From: an uncultured Bacilli bacterium
GTDB lineage: Bacteria > Bacillota_I > Bacilli_A > RF39 > UBA660
NCBI GenBank assembly: GCA_934148015.1
Contig: CAKPCU010000002.1
Span: 30,672-94,671, forward strand
DNA: 64,000 nucleotides
Direction of reading: 5' to 3'
The position numbers were made by a program, and so were the translations under genes. Within the stretch, counting starts at the first letter, position 1. Each line of letters opens with the position of its first letter. Positions 38,239 to 47,905 of the stretch are shown piece by piece. The notes beneath the pieces are model-generated. The model was given only the letters and a program-made list of their open reading frames with translations. It ran no database searches and was not told the origin of the DNA.

Positions 38239-38267
38239 ATAATACTACTTTTATCCATTTTAGTCAA
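38239..38267 (-). promoter_or_regulatory. Sigma-A-type promoter for the T-box leader
   Basis: TTGACT, a 17 nt spacer, then TATTAT, immediately after the dnaI stop codon. Confidence 0.6.
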
Positions 38268-39194
38268 TTATTTTCTATTATTTTTACTAATCATTTCTGT
38301 ATCTATCGTTAATTGTTTTATTCTTTCTATTATTCTTCTTGCTTTTACTTTCTCAGTACTTTTATTAGTTGTTATACTAAGATGTTCTTCTAATTCTTTT
38401 ATATTTAAATTAGAAGTAATAAACGTAGGAAGACCTTCTTGCATTCTATATTGAAGTACGCATCCTAATACCTCATCTCTACTCCACGCTGTTACTCCTT
38501 CTGCTCCTAAATCATCTATTAAAAGTATTTTAGCATATTTTATCTCATTAAATTTATTTTTAAATTCATCAGATGAAGAAGATGAATAAGATGCCTTTAA
38601 ACTTCTTAAATATTCAGGCCAGTATACTATAACACTTTTAACGTTATTTTTAGCAAGCTCATTTATCATAGCAGAAATAAGATACGTTTTACCAGAACCA
38701 AAATTACCATGTAAAAATAAGCCCTTACCTATAATACCTTTTTTGTAATCTTTTATATAATTTAATATCCATTTAATAACACTTGTTCTATTATTATCAT
38801 CAGTATAAATATCTTTTATTTTAGCTTCTTTAATTTCTCTTGGTATATCAAAACTAGTTACATTACTTAAATAATTAGTATCTTTAATATATGCATTTTT
38901 ATACTTACAAGAAACATATGAAAAAGATATATCACCTTCATTTATAGTAGGCAAATAACAATAACCATTTATATTATTTTTACATGTAACAAGTCCCTTA
39001 CAAGTTTTACAATTCTTAAACTCTTTAAAACTATCTTCTAAAAGAGAAGTATATTTCATTAATTTTTCATCACTTAAATTAATACTATCTACAAAATCTT
39101 TAAATTCATTATCTTTTTTAGCATTATGATATGCTACTTTAAGTTTATAATTTAAATCATTTACTTCTTTAATAGAATTATTTATCTTTTCCAT
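38268..39194 (-). CDS. dnaI: Primosomal helicase loader DnaI
   Basis: N-terminal Cys-rich region (CKTCKGLVTC) and an AAA+ domain (LHGNFGSGKTYL, LLIDDLGAE). ATG at 39194 follows the RBS AAGGTGA. Confidence 0.9.
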   Translation of the reverse strand: MEKINNSIKEVNDLNYKLKVAYHNAKKDNEFKDFVDSINLSDEKLMKYTSLLEDSFKEFKNCKTCKGLVTCKNNINGYCYLPTINEGDISFSYVSCKYKNAYIKDTNYLSNVTSFDIPREIKEAKIKDIYTDDNNRTSVIKWILNYIKDYKKGIIGKGLFLHGNFGSGKTYLISAMINELAKNNVKSVIVYWPEYLRSLKASYSSSSSDEFKNKFNEIKYAKILLIDDLGAEGVTAWSRDEVLGCVLQYRMQEGLPTFITSNLNIKELEEHLSITTNKSTEKVKARRIIERIKQLTIDTEMISKNNRK

Positions 39195-39215
39195 AACTTT
39201 CACCTTATTTCTTTA

Positions 39216-40511
39216 TTATGAAAATTCTCTTAACATATCCTTAAGTGATTTTTCATCTTCTACACTAATTTTTTCTTTATTTATATTTTGATCAAACCAT
39301 TCTGGTAAATTTTCTTTGCCTATACTTTGTCCTTTAGGCATTTCATTTAGTTTTTTCATCTTTTTATACTCTTTTTCAGCTGCCTTCATAGCTTCTTCTA
39401 CCGTTTCTATATTAAGTCTTTTCCACTGTGATGCTATAGCTTCTAAAAAGTTTTTTGTAAGTTTTTTATTATTTATTTTAAGTACATAGTCAATTAAAAC
39501 ATTAACAACTCCTGGATTTAACTTAAAGTCATTTAAAAGGGATTCTAATATTCCTAAATCTCTAGTTGATGGTTTAGCACCATTACTTCTTCCTCTTAAA
39601 AAATTATAAGGAGAAGTATTTTCAAATACGTATATCATTTTAGCTCTTTTACTTTCACTACCAACAGGAGATTTTAAGTATTCAGGCTGACTTTTATAAA
39701 CAAGTTTAGGGAGTTTATTTTCATTAGAAAACTTATAATAATTTTTAACATTTTTTCTTAAAGCTACTTTATCTATAAGACCATTTTCTTTTATAGAACT
39801 TAGTATGGAAGACTTCATCTCCATCTCATCTAAATTATATACAAAAGATAAATTATTAATAAGTTCTTTAACTTCCTTAGAAAACGTTTTATTAGTAATT
39901 ACACCACTAGGTACAGAAGATATTAAAAGATCAAAATCAAACGTTTTATCTATTTTTATATCACCGGTTTTATTTACTCTTAAGTCTTCATTTAAATTAT
40001 CATAAACAGTACCAGGTGCTGAATCAAACACACTATCAAATGATGATGTAATATCCTCATATGAAGAAAGATTAATACGAGGCACTTTAAAATATTTAAG
40101 TAAATTCTCATATTCTTTTTTTCCAATATTATTATATAAAACTATGTTAAGTATAGGATGATTAAAGAATTCTGATGCTGAAATTGGTGAAAAAAGTTCA
40201 TATACAAAAGAATTAACATCACTTTTTTTAACGTATGTTTTAACAAGGCCTACCGCTTCTAACTTTTTTCTAGCTATTACGATATGTTCCATTTTTATTC
40301 TAAGACTAGACATTAAATGATGATGAGTATATTCACTACTTAATATTTCAGCTTTATCTAAATCAGCCCACAAAGTATAATACAAGCTAGTTGCAATACT
40401 TCCTATAATAGGTTGATATAGCATACTTATTATCTTTCTATCATTCTCACTTAAAATAGTACGGTTAACTACTATAAAAGTATCAGCAGGTAAAATATTT
40501 ATTTCTTTCAT
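39216..40511 (-). CDS. dnaB: Bacillus-type DnaB (replication initiation and membrane attachment protein with a DnaD-like domain; not the helicase)
   Basis: MLYQPIIGSIATSLYYTLW N-terminus and a C-terminal DnaD-like domain (FLEAIASQWKRLNIETVEEAMKAAE). It lies upstream of dnaI. Confidence 0.8.
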   Translation of the reverse strand: MKEINILPADTFIVVNRTILSENDRKIISMLYQPIIGSIATSLYYTLWADLDKAEILSSEYTHHHLMSSLRIKMEHIVIARKKLEAVGLVKTYVKKSDVNSFVYELFSPISASEFFNHPILNIVLYNNIGKKEYENLLKYFKVPRINLSSYEDITSSFDSVFDSAPGTVYDNLNEDLRVNKTGDIKIDKTFDFDLLISSVPSGVITNKTFSKEVKELINNLSFVYNLDEMEMKSSILSSIKENGLIDKVALRKNVKNYYKFSNENKLPKLVYKSQPEYLKSPVGSESKRAKMIYVFENTSPYNFLRGRSNGAKPSTRDLGILESLLNDFKLNPGVVNVLIDYVLKINNKKLTKNFLEAIASQWKRLNIETVEEAMKAAEKEYKKMKKLNEMPKGQSIGKENLPEWFDQNINKEKISVEDEKSLKDMLREFS

Positions 40512-40596
40512 AGTAAGTCACTCCTTTAATAACTATTTTAATCTATTTTCCTTATTATTTCAATAAATAATAAAAGAAGAATTAAAAAATTCTCCC

Positions 40597-41631
40597 TTAT
40601 TTACTTTCTTTATGATAAAGTTGTGGGTACACAAATTCTTGTCCATTGCCTGTTATCTTACCATCTAAGAAGTGATCAGAGTTTATATTATCTCCTTGAC
40701 AAAAATATTTATACTTATAAATATTAACATTTGAATCACCCTCAATTATAGGATCATCAAACGTAACATCAACTGCATACCATATATCGTTGACCTTAAC
40801 ATAATTCCACATATGAGCTTCTTCACTTCCATCATCACCAACCGACGTTCCACTAACTAATATGCAAGGTATATCAAGATAATCTAGCAAATATTTAAAA
40901 GCCTTAGCATATCCCTCACAAACTGCCTTTTCATTAATTAATGCACCATATATATCTCTAATACCAATAGAATTTCTAGTTTCATCATAAGATAATTTTT
41001 CGACTAAATAATCATGTACATATCTTATTTTATTATAGTTACTACCATCAGCTTTTTTTAATATATTAGTTTTTAAATATTCTATTTCTGATAATAATTT
41101 ATTTAAATCTTCTAAAGAAGTAATATAATCTTGAAAATAATTACCATTATCAGATGATGGTGCTATACTAAGTTCATATCTAGTTTCCTTATTACTTATA
41201 TAAGTTTTTGTATTTAAAACTAGTTTAGAAAAATCCACATAAAATAAATCTACATTATCATAATTAAGAGCATTAATTGCATTTTGAAATTCATAATTTA
41301 GTAAATCATTATCAGTTAAAACATTACTCATACCATTTGTATCTATATCAATTTTAAAATTACCACTTTTCATATTATCTTTATTATTTAAAACAGAGTC
41401 ATATATATTTTTAGCTTCACTACTAAGTTGATTATAATAATATTTTTTTTCCTTACCATTTGAGTTATTTAAATTCTTATCATCTATTGATAATCCATTA
41501 TTAACTATTCTATTAAATAATAATGAATTATTGTAAGCACCTGCTAAATCAATTAAATTAAATTCTGCTCCTAAAAATAAAGCTACAATACTAAATAAAA
41601 CTATAAGTATAAACGTTAAAAACTTTTTCAA
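40597..41631 (-). CDS. Secreted or membrane-anchored transglutaminase-like cysteine protease domain protein
   Basis: Signal/TM helix, then KAVCEGYAKAFKYLLDYLDIP...HMWNYVKVNDIWYAVDVTFDDP, giving the Cys-His-Asp core. Confidence 0.8.
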   Translation of the reverse strand: MKKFLTFILIVLFSIVALFLGAEFNLIDLAGAYNNSLLFNRIVNNGLSIDDKNLNNSNGKEKKYYYNQLSSEAKNIYDSVLNNKDNMKSGNFKIDIDTNGMSNVLTDNDLLNYEFQNAINALNYDNVDLFYVDFSKLVLNTKTYISNKETRYELSIAPSSDNGNYFQDYITSLEDLNKLLSEIEYLKTNILKKADGSNYNKIRYVHDYLVEKLSYDETRNSIGIRDIYGALINEKAVCEGYAKAFKYLLDYLDIPCILVSGTSVGDDGSEEAHMWNYVKVNDIWYAVDVTFDDPIIEGDSNVNIYKYKYFCQGDNINSDHFLDGKITGNGQEFVYPQLYHKESK

Positions 41632-41685
41632 TCTAATCCCCTCTTCACATAATTATCATAATATAATAAGATAATATAAGTCAAG

Positions 41686-42327
41686 CTACTTTGTTATTTC
41701 TATTTTAAAAGGTGATGTAAATGATGGATCTTTCTTTTCCTTGTACTCAAATAAAATATTAACCATAAAATATAATATCAAAATCAAAATAACTATTTCC
41801 ATAACATTTATTATATTTCTAATTAAAGGATTTCTTCCAGATTTTTTATTTAATTGATAGCTACCACATCTTTTGCAATAAGTATCACTTGAAAATATCT
41901 TTTCTCCACAATTAGAGCAATATTTATCTCCAGTTAAAACAACTTCTTTAATTATTTCCTTTTTAACTATCTTCAAATTCTCGTTAATCTTTTTCTTTTT
42001 ATTTAATGCTTTATCATTTGTTTTTTGCTCTTTAATAGGCACTTCATCTATTATAGTATCTGTTTTACTATTATATGATTTATTACTCATAAATTCTATA
42101 ATTTTTATACAAAAATATATTATAAATCCACCTATAGATATATATAAATACGTTTTAAGTCCAGTTAATATTTGTATCATAGTTGCAGCATTATTTATAA
42201 TTCTATAATTAACAATATTAAAAATATATAAAATAAGTGCAGAAATACCTATACCAAGAGGAATGAATTTAAGTAATTTCTTCAAGATAAAACACCCCCA
42301 ATAAATAATTGATTTTATTATAATCAT
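41686..42327 (-). CDS. Membrane protein with an internal zinc ribbon
   Basis: TM helices flank CSNCGEKIFSSDTYCKRCG. Confidence 0.55.
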   Translation of the reverse strand: MIIIKSIIYWGCFILKKLLKFIPLGIGISALILYIFNIVNYRIINNAATMIQILTGLKTYLYISIGGFIIYFCIKIIEFMSNKSYNSKTDTIIDEVPIKEQKTNDKALNKKKKINENLKIVKKEIIKEVVLTGDKYCSNCGEKIFSSDTYCKRCGSYQLNKKSGRNPLIRNIINVMEIVILILILYFMVNILFEYKEKKDPSFTSPFKIEITK

Positions 42328-42371
42328 TTTAAAAAAAAAGTAAAGAAATTTATATCACTTCCCTACTACTT

Positions 42372-42992
42372 TTACTTAAGCTCATTTATTCTATCGCTAT
42401 AATTACTACTATTTGTTATAAAGGATCCTGATACTACCATATCACATCCTGCATATTTGCATAAACTTACGGTTTTATTATTTACACCACCATCTATACT
42501 TATTATTAAATCTTTAGGAGCTAATTTTTTAAAATTAATTATTTTGTCTATGACTTCTTCTTTAAATTCTTGACCACCTTCTCCAGGTGTAACACTCATA
42601 AATAATACAAGATCAATATCATCTACAAACTGAGCTAACTTATCTATTTTTGTTTCTGGATTAATAGCAAGCCCTACTTTTATACCATGACTTTTAACAT
42701 AATCAATTATCTTAAAATCATCTATTACTTCAACATGAAAAGTTAACATATCTGGTTTTAATAAAGCATATTCTTTAATTAAATCCAAATCTTCTACCAT
42801 TAAATGTAAATCTATTTTCTTTTTACTAATACTAATTATATCTTTTACCATTTCTTTAGTAAATTTAGTATTATTAACAAACTTACCATCCATTACATCA
42901 ATATGTAAAAAGTCTGCATTAGAATCATTTACTTTTTTTACAGCATTAATTAATCTGTCATATTCTTTTAATATTGATACTGAAACTTTCAT
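42372..42992 (-). CDS. rpe: Ribulose-phosphate 3-epimerase
   Basis: LHIDVMDGKFVNN and MSVTPGEGGQ motifs, in the conserved position after rsgA. Confidence 0.85.
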   Translation of the reverse strand: MKVSVSILKEYDRLINAVKKVNDSNADFLHIDVMDGKFVNNTKFTKEMVKDIISISKKKIDLHLMVEDLDLIKEYALLKPDMLTFHVEVIDDFKIIDYVKSHGIKVGLAINPETKIDKLAQFVDDIDLVLFMSVTPGEGGQEFKEEVIDKIINFKKLAPKDLIISIDGGVNNKTVSLCKYAGCDMVVSGSFITNSSNYSDRINELK

Positions 42993-42995
42993 ATT

Positions 42996-43838
42996 TTACC
43001 TCTTATTTTGATTTATTTGTTCTATAAATTTTTTATAATTATCATATCTAGAATCTAATATAGTTTTTTCTTTTAACATTTCTTTTATATAACAACCATC
43101 TTCTTTTATATGCATACAATCTTGATATTTACATTTATCTTGATTTTCATAAAATTCTATAAAGTTATCTTTTATATCATTTTTATTCATACCTATAAAA
43201 TCAAGTGAAGAAAAACCAGGTGTATCTGCAACTAAACCATCTTCTATTTTAAGTAATTCAACATGTCTTGTTGTATGTCTTCCTCTACCTAATGCTTTAG
43301 AAATTTCTCCAGTTTTTAAGTTAAGATCTTCTTTTAAACGATTTAGTAAAGATGATTTACCAACACCAGTTTGACCTGTTAAAACACTTACCTTTTTATT
43401 TAAAATTTTTTTAATATTATCTATTTCATCATTTATAAATACATCATATCCTATTTTTTTATAATACGTTATTATACTATCAATGTAAGTTTTATCCTCT
43501 AATAAATCATATTTAGTAAAACAAATAATAGGTTTTATGTTATTGTATTCTATTATAACAAGCATCTTATCAAGTAAGTTACTAGAAAAAGAAGGCTCTA
43601 TAGTGCTTGTTAATATAAGAGCTTGATCTATATTGGCAACAGGAGGTCTTATAAGTACGTTTTTTCTTGGTAATATTTTATTAATAACTTTATTTTCTTC
43701 ATCAACTATAACCAAGTCACCTACTAAAGGTGACTCTTTTAAATACTTAAATTTACCTATGCATGAACATTCTAATAATCCATTATCAGTTAAAACAGTC
43801 CATTTATTACTTATTAATTTAATTACTCTTCCTTGCAT
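42996..43838 (-). CDS. rsgA: Ribosome small-subunit biogenesis GTPase RsgA
   Basis: TGQTGVGKSSLLN and GRHTTRHVEL motifs plus a C-terminal zinc knuckle (CKYQDCMHIKEDGC). Confidence 0.9.
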   Translation of the reverse strand: MQGRVIKLISNKWTVLTDNGLLECSCIGKFKYLKESPLVGDLVIVDEENKVINKILPRKNVLIRPPVANIDQALILTSTIEPSFSSNLLDKMLVIIEYNNIKPIICFTKYDLLEDKTYIDSIITYYKKIGYDVFINDEIDNIKKILNKKVSVLTGQTGVGKSSLLNRLKEDLNLKTGEISKALGRGRHTTRHVELLKIEDGLVADTPGFSSLDFIGMNKNDIKDNFIEFYENQDKCKYQDCMHIKEDGCYIKEMLKEKTILDSRYDNYKKFIEQINQNKR

Positions 43839-43849
43839 ATTTACCTTTC

Positions 43850-45625
43850 TTAATTGTTTTCATTTGTTTTTTCACCAGATGTATTACTTGTTTGTGTAGT
43901 TGTATCTTTTTTAGGTTCTGTAGTTGTTGTAACAGGCTTTTTAGATACTGTTATTTTAAGAGTATCTTTCTTAAATATTTCTTCACCTGGTTTTGGAGAT
44001 TGTGCTAAAACGGTATTTTCATCCACACCATCCTTTTCCATAGGTATAACCTTTAAAGTCAAACCATACTTTTCACAAAATTCTTGAGCTCTATCTAAAG
44101 ACCAAGCATCCGTTACCATATCTGGATACTTATTAACTATTTTAGGTATATATAATGTAACTTTTTCACCAGACGCAACCTTTGTACCACTTTTTGCACT
44201 TTGATCTATTATTAACTGTTCTTTTCCTTCGTACTTAGTAGAGTCATCTACTTCTTTTTCTTCTATATTAACTACTATACCACTAAGCTCTAACTTAGCT
44301 TTAACTTCATATGCATTTTGACCAACATAATCTTCCATAGAAAGTTTAGTAGAACCAGTAGAATAAATTATTGTAATTACAGTATTTTTCTTAGCATATC
44401 TATTTTTTGTTGGATTAGTTTCTATTACTAAATTATTATCAACTTCATCACTTGCTTTTCCTTTAGAATTAATTTTAAATCCTGTTTTTTTAAGTAAAGC
44501 TTCAGCCTTTGATATCTCCATTCCATATACATCTGGAATCTTTATATCCTTTGATGCAGATATTTTAGGAAATACTAATACTACTAATACTAAAACAAGA
44601 ATAAATATAAATATTATTGATGCTATTAACATTATTTTTTTGTTATTACTCTTTTCTTCTTTTTCTTCATTAGTAATTTGTTTTACTATAGGTTTATCTT
44701 CTTTTTCTATTTTTTTATTTTCTTTAGCTAAATTGATGGCTTTGGTATCAGAAAAGTCTGTTTCTGGATACTTAAATACTATTTTTTCTTCATCTTTTCT
44801 ATCTTCATCTAAACAAGTTTTAATATCTTCTGCCATAGCTCTTGCATCACGATATCTATTCTTTGGATTTTTAGCTGCTGCTTTTAAAATAATATTTTCA
44901 ACCGATTGTGGAATTACTGGATTAAGTTCTTTTGGACTTGGTAATTCTTCTTTCATATGTTTTAAAGCTATCTCAACTGCTGTATCACCTCTAAAAGGCA
45001 TTTTACCAGTTAACATTTCAAACATTAAAATACCAAGAGAATATATATCACTTCTAATAGTAGATCCTTTTCCACTAGCTTGTTCTGGTGGAAGATAATG
45101 TACAGATCCCATAACTGAATTAGTTTGTGTAAGCTGTGCACTATTTAAAGCCATAGCTATACCAAAATCTGTTATCTTAACTAACCCACTATCTTTAATC
45201 ATTATATTTTGAGGTTTAATATCTCTATGAATAATATAAGAATCATGAGCTGTTGCAAGTGCATCTAGTAATTGAAGCATAATATCCATAACTTCTGGAA
45301 GTGATAAAACTCCACGCTTTTTAATTAATTGTTTTAACGTTTTACCTTCAATATATTCCATTACTATGTAAAAATTGCCTTCATCTTCACCAACATCATA
45401 TATTTCAACTATATTAGGATGTGAAAGTGAAGATGCTGAAAGTGCTTCTCTTTGAAATCTTCTAACAAATTTTTCATCACCAGCAAGATCTCCTCTTAAA
45501 ACTTTAACAGCTACTTTTCTTCCTAATATTGTATCAGTTGCTAAATAAACATTAGCCATACCACCTTCGCCTATTAATTTTTCAATTTCATAACGATCAC
45601 TAATTTTTTGCCCCTTTGTAATCAT
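43850..45625 (-). CDS. prkC: Ser/Thr protein kinase with PASTA repeats (PrkC/PknB type)
   Basis: Motifs GEGGMANVY, HRDIKPQNIM and DFGIA, a TM helix, and PASTA-like C-terminal repeats. Confidence 0.9.
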   Translation of the reverse strand: MITKGQKISDRYEIEKLIGEGGMANVYLATDTILGRKVAVKVLRGDLAGDEKFVRRFQREALSASSLSHPNIVEIYDVGEDEGNFYIVMEYIEGKTLKQLIKKRGVLSLPEVMDIMLQLLDALATAHDSYIIHRDIKPQNIMIKDSGLVKITDFGIAMALNSAQLTQTNSVMGSVHYLPPEQASGKGSTIRSDIYSLGILMFEMLTGKMPFRGDTAVEIALKHMKEELPSPKELNPVIPQSVENIILKAAAKNPKNRYRDARAMAEDIKTCLDEDRKDEEKIVFKYPETDFSDTKAINLAKENKKIEKEDKPIVKQITNEEKEEKSNNKKIMLIASIIFIFILVLVLVVLVFPKISASKDIKIPDVYGMEISKAEALLKKTGFKINSKGKASDEVDNNLVIETNPTKNRYAKKNTVITIIYSTGSTKLSMEDYVGQNAYEVKAKLELSGIVVNIEEKEVDDSTKYEGKEQLIIDQSAKSGTKVASGEKVTLYIPKIVNKYPDMVTDAWSLDRAQEFCEKYGLTLKVIPMEKDGVDENTVLAQSPKPGEEIFKKDTLKITVSKKPVTTTTEPKKDTTTQTSNTSGEKTNENN

Positions 45626-46365
45626 TTATCTTCACCACTTTCTCTTTCTAAATAAGCAATTGAAACATTATCAGTTCCACCCCTTAAATTACTTTTTCTA
45701 ACTAATTTAACTATCTTTTCTTCTAATGATAAATCACTATTTAATACTTTTTCAATTTGTTCTTTAGTAAGCATATTAGTAAGTCCGTCACTACATAATA
45801 ATATAGCATCACTATTAATATCAACATCAAATATATCAACATCTATAGGGTTATTAGCTCCAAGAGCTCTCATAAGTACATTCTTTCTTGGATGATTAAC
45901 AGCTTCTTCTTTTGTTAATTCACCAGATTCTACTAATAAATTTACTAAAGTATGATCTTTAGTTACTTTGTATAGTACTTTTTTCTTCATTACAAAACCA
46001 GATGAATCACCAACGTTTCCAAATAATATATAATCATCTGTTATAACGGATAATACTAAAGTAGTACCCATTCCTTTACTTGCAGGAAATTCATCAGTAT
46101 ATTTAAAAATTGCATCATTAAGTTTAATAGCATTTTTTCTTATCCAACTAACAGCTTCTTCTTTAGTACCTATATCTTCTAAATTTTTAAATTCTTCTGT
46201 AAATCCATTAACTACTATAGACGATGCAACTTCTCCAGCCTTATGACCACCCATTCCATCTGCAACAATCATAAGATACTGCCCAGATAAATTTTTAACT
46301 ATCATTACTGAATCTTCATTATGAGTCCTAACTTTTCCAGTATCTGTTATGTAATATGCTTTCAT
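45622..46365 (-). CDS. stp: PP2C-family Ser/Thr phosphatase
   Basis: Motifs ADGMGGHKAGE, GTT and CSDGLTN. It overlaps the prkC start by 4 nt. Confidence 0.9.
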   Translation of the reverse strand: MKAYYITDTGKVRTHNEDSVMIVKNLSGQYLMIVADGMGGHKAGEVASSIVVNGFTEEFKNLEDIGTKEEAVSWIRKNAIKLNDAIFKYTDEFPASKGMGTTLVLSVITDDYILFGNVGDSSGFVMKKKVLYKVTKDHTLVNLLVESGELTKEEAVNHPRKNVLMRALGANNPIDVDIFDVDINSDAILLCSDGLTNMLTKEQIEKVLNSDLSLEEKIVKLVRKSNLRGGTDNVSIAYLERESGEDK

Positions 46366-46367
46366 AA

Positions 46368-47408
46368 TTATTTCTCCATTTCATTTATTTGTTCACTACG
46401 AAGCTGTCCACATGCTGCTGACACCTTTCTTCCAAATTCTCTTCTTATTGTTACATTTATACCTTGCATCTTTAATATATCATAAAACTGATCAATTGTC
46501 ACTTTACTACTAGCTTTAAATCCTATATTACTAGTTTCATTATATGGAATTAAATTAACATAACAATTTAAGTTCTTAAGCTTTGATGCTAATTCATAAG
46601 CACAATCTTTACTATCATTAATATCTTTTAATAATATATATTCAAAAGTAACACGTCTATTAGTTTCCTTTATATAATCTTTAACTGCATCCATTATATC
46701 ATTAATTTTATATGCTTTATTAATTGGCATTATTTTATTTCTTATTTCATCTGTTGGTGCATGAAGACTAATCGCTAAATTAACACCAAGCTTTTCTTTA
46801 GCAAATTCTCTTATTTTAGGAACAACTCCACAAGTTGACACAGTAATATGTCTAATACCTATATTAATTCCCTTAGGATCATTTATTATGTTAATAAACT
46901 TCATAACATTATCATAGTTATCAAATGGTTCACCAATGCCCATTAAAACAACATGACTTATTCTCATCTTTATATCTTCTTCTACTTTTAAAACTTGCAT
47001 AACAAGTTCATATGCATAAAGATTTCTTTTTTTCTTTAATCTTCCACTTTCACAAAATGAGCATCCCATATTACATCCGACTTGTGATGATACACATAAA
47101 CTATTACCATAATCATGCTTCATTAAAACAGCTTCTATCAATTTACCATCAAATAATTCAAATAAGTACTTTTTAACATCAACATCTTCTTGTTTTTTTA
47201 TTATTTTTAATTCACCCATACTAAAATTTTCTTTTAAATACTTTATTAAATCTTTTTTTAAATTTGTCATTAAATCAAAACTTTTAGCTCTTTTTACATA
47301 AAGCCAGTCAAACACTTGCCTAGCTCTAAACTTAGACTCACCAATTTCTTCAAAATAGTTTTGTAAATCTTCAAGTGAATAATTATATATATTGTTCACA
47401 AAAAACAC
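46368..47408 (-). CDS. rlmN: 23S rRNA/tRNA A-C2 methyltransferase RlmN (radical SAM)
   Basis: CNMGCSFCESG cluster and a C-terminal CGQL motif. Non-ATG start: GTG at 47408 or 47399. Confidence 0.9.
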   Translation of the reverse strand: MFFVNNIYNYSLEDLQNYFEEIGESKFRARQVFDWLYVKRAKSFDLMTNLKKDLIKYLKENFSMGELKIIKKQEDVDVKKYLFELFDGKLIEAVLMKHDYGNSLCVSSQVGCNMGCSFCESGRLKKKRNLYAYELVMQVLKVEEDIKMRISHVVLMGIGEPFDNYDNVMKFINIINDPKGINIGIRHITVSTCGVVPKIREFAKEKLGVNLAISLHAPTDEIRNKIMPINKAYKINDIMDAVKDYIKETNRRVTFEYILLKDINDSKDCAYELASKLKNLNCYVNLIPYNETSNIGFKASSKVTIDQFYDILKMQGINVTIRREFGRKVSAACGQLRSEQINEMEK

Positions 47409-47563
47409 TTCCTTTTAACTAGTAAATATTATATCAAATTAATATTAAAAGGTTAACTAGTTTGCATGTAAATATAAGTAAATTTTAAAGTTTTTCTAGC
47501 ATTCTTTACACTTTTTTTAATAATTTATTAAATATTGTTAATAATATTTGTGGAGGATGAAAA

Positions 47564-47734
47564 ATGAAAAAAGATAATAAAAAAATAAAATGTGACGTAG
47601 AATCTTGCAAACATAATGATTGTGAATGTAAAAACTGCACTTTAGATGAAATAAAAGTAAGTGCACAAGGCGATAAAAAAGAAGCTTGTAAAAAAGAAAC
47701 AATCTGTGATAGCTACGAAGAAAAAAATAATTAA
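47564..47734 (+). CDS. Small Cys-rich DUF1540-like protein
   Basis: Not in the ORF track. Translation: MKKDNKKIKCDVESCKHNDCECKNCTLDEIKVSAQGDKKEACKKETICDSYEEKNN. RBS is GGAGGA. Confidence 0.6.
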   Translation: MKKDNKKIKCDVESCKHNDCECKNCTLDEIKVSAQGDKKEACKKETICDSYEEKNN

Positions 47735-47742
47735 TTGTAAAA

Positions 47743-47778
47743 ATGAGAGAGAAAAAAATAAGTTCTCTCTCATTTTTA
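47743..47778 (+). terminator. Rho-independent terminator after the DUF1540-like gene
   Basis: ATGAGAGAGAA, a 9 nt loop, TTCTCTCTCAT, then TTTT. Confidence 0.8.
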
Positions 47779-47842
47779 TTATAAACTTATTTCAATCATT
47801 TTATGGATGTAAGTAAAATGGCCAAATTTTTTTTACATAATT

Positions 47843-47870
47843 AAAAAATGCAGAATATTAATTTCTGCAT
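47843..47870 (-). terminator. Rho-independent terminator closing the SipW/TasA-like locus
   Basis: Minus-strand reading: ATGCAGAA, a 7 nt loop, TTCTGCAT, then TTTTTT. Confidence 0.75.
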
Positions 47871-47905
47871 TGTATTTATTATTTCGACAAAATTTGACAT
47901 ATAAA

